From the NCBI RefSeq assembly GCF_009914755.1, contig NC_060940.1: a DNA stretch of 64,000 nucleotides. One strand, written 5' to 3'. The stretch comes from the human T2T-CHM13v2.0 reference genome, Homo sapiens. Below, in pieces: positions 58,901-64,000 of the stretch. Every line of letters starts with the position of its first letter. Within the stretch, counting starts at the first letter, position 1. Made by a program: the position numbers and the translations under genes. The notes beneath the pieces are model-generated. The model was not told the origin of the DNA. It saw only the letters and a program-made list of their open reading frames with translations, and searched no databases.

Positions 58901-61900
58901 ATGATTCATTTCGTGTTCATTCTATGGTTCCACAGGTTTCCATTCGATGATGTTTCCATTCGTGTCCATTCCATTATTCCATTCTATTCCATTTGAAGAT
59001 GATTCCATTCGATTCCATTCATTGGTGATTCCACTCAATTCCATTCAATGATTCCATTCCATTTCTTTCAACAATGATTCCATTAGTTTCTATTCGATGA
59101 TCCACTTGATTCCATTTGACGATGATTCCATTCGTGTCCATTCGATGATTCCATTTGATTCCATATGATGATGATTCCATTCGATTCCATACGATGATGA
59201 TTCCATTCGAGTCCATTCAATGGTGATTCCATTCAATTCCATTCGATGATTCCTTTCGATTCCATTCAATGATGATGGCATTCGATTCCTTTCGATCATT
59301 CCCTTTGATTCCATTCAAAGGTGATTTCATTCAAGTCCATTCGATAATTGCATTCGATTCCATTCTATGATGATTCCATTCGAGTCCATTTGATGATTCC
59401 ATTCAATTCAAGTCAATGATGATTCCATTCGATTCCACTCGATGATTCCATTGGATTCCATTCGATGATGATTCCATTCAAATCCATTCGATAATTCAAT
59501 TCAAGTCCATTCGATGATGATTCCAATCGAATCCATTCAAAGATTCCACTCAATTCCATTCGATGATGATTCCCTTAGATTCCATTCGATGATTCCACTT
59601 GATTCCATTTACGATGATTCCATTCGATTCCATGTGATGATTCCATTCAATTCTATTCAATGATGTTTCCACTTGATTCCATTCGAACATGATTGCCTTT
59701 GATTCCATTCAATGATTCCATACGGTTCCATTTGATGATGATTCCATTCGAGTCCATTCGATGATTCCATTAGAGTACATTTAATGATTGCTTTGTTTTC
59801 AATTCGAAGATGATTACATTGGATTCCATTCTATGATACCATTCGATTCCATTCAAAGATGATTCCACTCAAATCCATTGGATGATTCCATTCGTGTCCA
59901 TTCGGTGATTTCATTAGATTCCATTCGAGGATGATTCCATTCGATTCCATTCGATGATTCCATTCAATTCCATTCGATGATGATTCCATTCCAGTCCATA
60001 TGATCATTCCATTTGATTTCATTCGATGATGATTCCATTCGATTCCATTCGATGATTCCATTCAATTCCATTCTCCGATGATTTCTTTTGAGCCCATTCA
60101 ATGCTTCCACTCGATTCCATATGATGATGACTCCATTTGATGAAATTCCATGATGATTCCATTCGCTTGCATTCGATGATGATTCCACTTGAGTCCGTTA
60201 GAAGATTCTATTCAATTACATTCCATGACGATTCTGTTCGAGTCCATTTGATGATTCCATTAGACTCCATTCGACGATGATTCCATTCGATGTTATTCGA
60301 TGATGATTCCATTCAAGTCCATTCGATGTTTCCATTCGAGTTCATTCTATTATTCCATTAGATTCCATTCGATGATGATTCCATTCGATTCCATTTGATG
60401 ATTGCATTCTATTTCATTTGATGATGATTCCATTCGAGTCCATTCGATGATTCCATTCGAGTCCCTTTAATGAATCCATTGGTTTCAATTCTATGATGAT
60501 TACATTGGATTCCATTCGTTGATGATTTCATTCGATTCCATTCAATGATGATTCCATTCAATTCCATTCAATGATTCCATTCAATTCCATACGATGATGA
60601 TTCCATTTGATTTGATTCGACAGTGAGCCATTCGATTCAATTCCATGATGATTCTATTTGATTCAATTGGTTGACATTTCCATTCGATTCCATTCGATGA
60701 TGATTCCATTTGATTCCATTCAAAGATGATTCCATTCTAGCCCATTCAATCATTCCATTCGATTCTATTCAATGATGATTCCATTCATGTCGATTTGGTG
60801 ATTCCATTTGACTTCATTTGATGATGATTCCTTTCAAGTTCATTAGATGATTCCATTCGATTCCATTTGATGATGATCCCATTCGAGTCCATTCAGTGAT
60901 TCCACTCGTTTCCATTCCATGATGATTCCATTCCATTCCATTCAATGATTCCATTCGATTCCGTTTGATGATGATTTCATTCGAGTCCATTTGATGATTC
61001 CATTTGATTCCATTCGATGATGATTACATTCGAGTCCATACGATGATTCCACTCAATTCCATATGATGATGATTCCATTCGATTCCATTCGATGATTCCA
61101 TTCTATTCTATTCAATGGTGATTCCATTCGAGTACATTAGATGATTCCATTCGATTCCATTCAATGATGATTCTATTTGTGTCCCTTAGATGGTTCCACA
61201 TGATTCCATTTCATGATGATACTATTTGAGCCCATCCAATGATTCCCTTCGATTCCATTCGATGAGGATTCCATTCGATTCAATTCATTGGTGATTCTAT
61301 TCAATCCAATTCTTTGATTCCATTCCATTCCATTCGACAATGATTCCATTCGATTTCTTTCGATGATTCCACTCGATTCCACTTGACATTGATTCCATTC
61401 GATTCCATTCAATGATTCCGTTTGATTCCAGTGGATGATGATTGCCATCGATTCCATTCGATCACTCCATTCTATTCCATTTGATGATGATTACATTCGA
61501 TTCCATTTGATGATTCCATCTGATTCTATTCGAGGATTCCATTTGATTCCATTCGATGATGATTCCATTCGAGTGCATTCGATGATTTCATTCGAGTACA
61601 TCCAATGATTCCATTCGAGTCCATTTGATTTTTCCATTTAATTACATTTGATTATGATTCTACTAGAGTCCATTCAATGACTCAATTCGAATCCATTCAA
61701 CAATTCCATTCGAGGCCATTCGATGATTCCATTTCATGATTCCATTCGACTCCATTTAATCATTACAGTCGAGTCCATTTGGTGATTCCACTGGATTTCT
61801 TTTGATAATGATACCATTCAATTACATTTGATGATGATCCCATTCAATTTCATTTGATGGTGATTCCATTAGAGTCCATTCGATGATTTCATTCGAGTCC

Positions 61901-64000
61901 CTTCATTGATTCCATCCGATTTCATTTGATGATGACTCCATTCGAGTCCATTCGATGATTCCACTCGATTCCATTAGATGATTCCATTGGAGTCCATTTG
62001 ATTGTTCCATTCGATTCTATTCGATTCCTTTCGAAGATTATTCCATTTGAGTCCATTCGATGATGATTCCATTCCATTCCATTCGATGATTCCGTTTGAT
62101 TCCATTCGATGATTCCCTTCGATTCCTTTCTTTGATGATTCCATTCCATTCCATTCAATGATTCCATTCGAATCTATTCCATGATGATTCCTTTCGATTC
62201 CATTCGCTGATGTTTCCGTTCAATTCCATTCGATGATGATTCCATTCGATTCCATTCATTGAGGATTCCATTTGATTCCATTCAATGATGATTCCATTCT
62301 ATTCCATTCAATGATTCCATTCAATTCCATTCAATGATTATCCCCTTAGAGTAAACTCAACGATTCCATTCAATACCATTCGATGATGATTCCTTTTGAG
62401 TCCATTCAATGATTTCATTCAAGTCCATTTGATGATTCCTTTCAATTCCATTCTATGATGATTCCATTCGAGTCCATTCGATGATTCCATTCGATTGCAT
62501 TCGATGATTCCATTATATTCCATTCAACGGTGATTCCATTCGAGTCCATTCCATGATTCCATTAGAGTACATTTAATGATTGCTTTGTTTTCAATTCGAA
62601 GATGATTACATTGGATTCCATTCTATGATACCATTCGATTCCATTCAATGATGATTCCACTCAAATCCATTGGATGATTCCATTCGTGTCCATTCGGTGA
62701 TTTCATTAGATTCCATTCGAGGATGATTCCATTCGATTCCATTCGATGATTCCATTCAATTCCATTCGAGGATGATTCCATTCCAGTCCATATGATCATT
62801 CCATTTGATTTCATTCGATGATGATTCCATTCGATTCCATTCGATGATTCCATTCTATTCCATTCGATGATGATTCCATTCGAGTCCATTCGATGATTCC
62901 ATTCGAGTCCATTTAATGATTCCATTGGGTTCAATTCAATGATGATTACATTGGATTCCGTTCTATGATTCCATTCAATTCCGTTCATTGACAATTTGAT
63001 TCCATTCGATGATGATTCCATTTGAGTTCATTCGATGATTCTATTTGATTCTCTTCGATGGTGATTCAATTCTATTATATTGGATGATTCCATTCGATTC
63101 CATTTGATGTTGATTCAATTCGATTCTATTCGATGGTGATTCCATTGGATTTCACTTCATGATTCTGTTCGATTCCATTCAATGATGATTCACTTCTCGT
63201 CCATTGGATGATTCCATTTCATTCCATTCGATGATGATTCCATTCGATTCCATTCGATGATTCCATTTGATTCCATGCGTCGGTGAGCAATTCGATTCAA
63301 TTCCATGATGATTCTATTTGATTCAATTAGATGATGTTTCCATTCGAATCCATTCCATGATTATTCCATTGGAATCCATTCGGCGATGATTCCATATGAG
63401 TCAATTCAATGATGATTCCATATGGGTCCGTTCGATGATAATTCCATTTGATTTCATTCGGTGCTTCTATTCAATTCCAGTCGATGATGATTCCGTTGGA
63501 GTCCATACGATGATTCCATTTGATTTCATTTGATGATGATTCCATTCGATGATGATTACATTGGATTCCATTCTATGATTCCATTCAATTCCATTCGTTG
63601 ATGATTCGATTCCATTCAATGATGATTCCATTTGAGTTCATTCGATGATTCTATTCGATTCCGTTCGATGGTGATTCAATTCTCTTATATTGGATGAATC
63701 CACTCGATTCCATTTGATGATTATTCCATTGGAGTCCACTTAGTGAATCCTTCAGATTCTACTCGAAGATGATTCCATTCAAGTCCATTCGATGATACCA
63801 TTCAATTCCATTCGTTGATGCTTCCATTCAAGTGCATTCGATGATATCATTCGATTCCATTTGATGATAATTCCATGTCATTCCATGCGATGATTCTATT
63901 CGATTCCATTCAATGATAATTCCATTCAGTTCAGTGATTCCTCTGGACTCCATTTGATGATGATTCCATTCAATGATTCCATTCGATTCTATTCGAAAAT
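50000..64000 (+). repeat. ~9.9-10.1-kb-spaced direct repeat (about 50000-54120 versus 60060-64000)
   Basis: ORF offsets 52063->61922 and 52764->62623 both equal 9859. The same segment order and rearrangement junctions appear in both copies. Confidence 0.85.
53820..59750 (+). repeat. ~4.13-kb-spaced direct repeat (about 53820-55620 versus 57950-59750)
   Basis: ORF offsets 54431->58561 = 4130 and 54892->59019 = 4127. Shared landmarks are CCGGTAGGGTCC, CCGTACG and GGTTCCACAGG. Confidence 0.85.

Larger units (their letters stand above)
1..64000 (+). repeat. Satellite II (HSATII / HSat2) array, single orientation
   Basis: Continuous degenerate (CATTC)n-derived sequence with CATTCGATTC, CATTCGAGTC and GATGATT/GATGATGATT motifs in 23/26-bp units and dense TCGA sites. 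This is the established HSATII signature; HSATIII would be dominated by long pure CATTC runs, which are short and rare here. No non-satellite interruption seen. Confidence 0.97.
49892..64000 (+). repeat. Diverged, rearranged HSATII domain built from a subset of HOR segments
   Basis: Blocks match HOR positions in a shuffled order (approx. 1796-4670, 5434-5530, 7545-8600, 12275-1880, 10410-1395, a short composite, 1900-4670, then the composite again). Homologous ORF translations differ by several residues rather than 0-1. Confidence 0.88.

Noticed and set aside
18-63021. All minus-strand ORFs (MESNGIIEW/WNHRM-type peptides, up to 193 aa at 6869-7450 and its copies)
   Set aside because: They are direct translations of the GAATG/AATCATC strand, which is poor in stop codons, while the + strand is full of TGA. 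They overlap in all three frames, are low-complexity and show no recognisable domain. Any database hits would most likely be spurious satellite-derived predictions.
1-64000. CRISPR-like array (23-26-bp repeats)
   Set aside because: The repeats are contiguous and degenerate with no unique spacers, leader or cas genes.
1-64000. Assignment to a specific chromosome, species or HSat2 subfamily
   Set aside because: There is no unique anchor sequence. Assignment needs k-mer classification or alignment to T2T assemblies.

Overview
The whole 64-kb window is human/great-ape-type Satellite II (HSATII/HSat2) pericentromeric DNA in one orientation (CATTC/GATGATT on +). It is built from degenerate 23-bp and 26-bp units, CCATTCGA(T/G)TCCATTCGATGATT and CCATTCGATTCCATTCGATGATGATT. 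I see no credible genes, RNA genes, transposons or CRISPR arrays, and all listed ORFs are minus-strand read-throughs of the satellite. The interesting content is architectural. (1) Positions 1 to ~49,890 are ~3.9 near-identical copies of a 12,664/12,660-bp higher-order repeat (HOR), each carrying an internal 840-bp tandem duplication. (2) The few variants between units conflict with a simple tree, which points to gene conversion or unequal crossover. (3) Divergence rises in the tail of unit 4, and the HOR breaks at ~49,891. (4) Positions ~49,892-64,000 are a more diverged, rearranged mosaic of a subset of the same segments, with ~9.9-10.1-kb and ~4.13-kb repeat offsets. I cannot support a novel coding or enzymatic system here. 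Variant lists were read by eye and from the ORF-track offsets and are not exhaustive. Species and chromosome cannot be assigned without a search.
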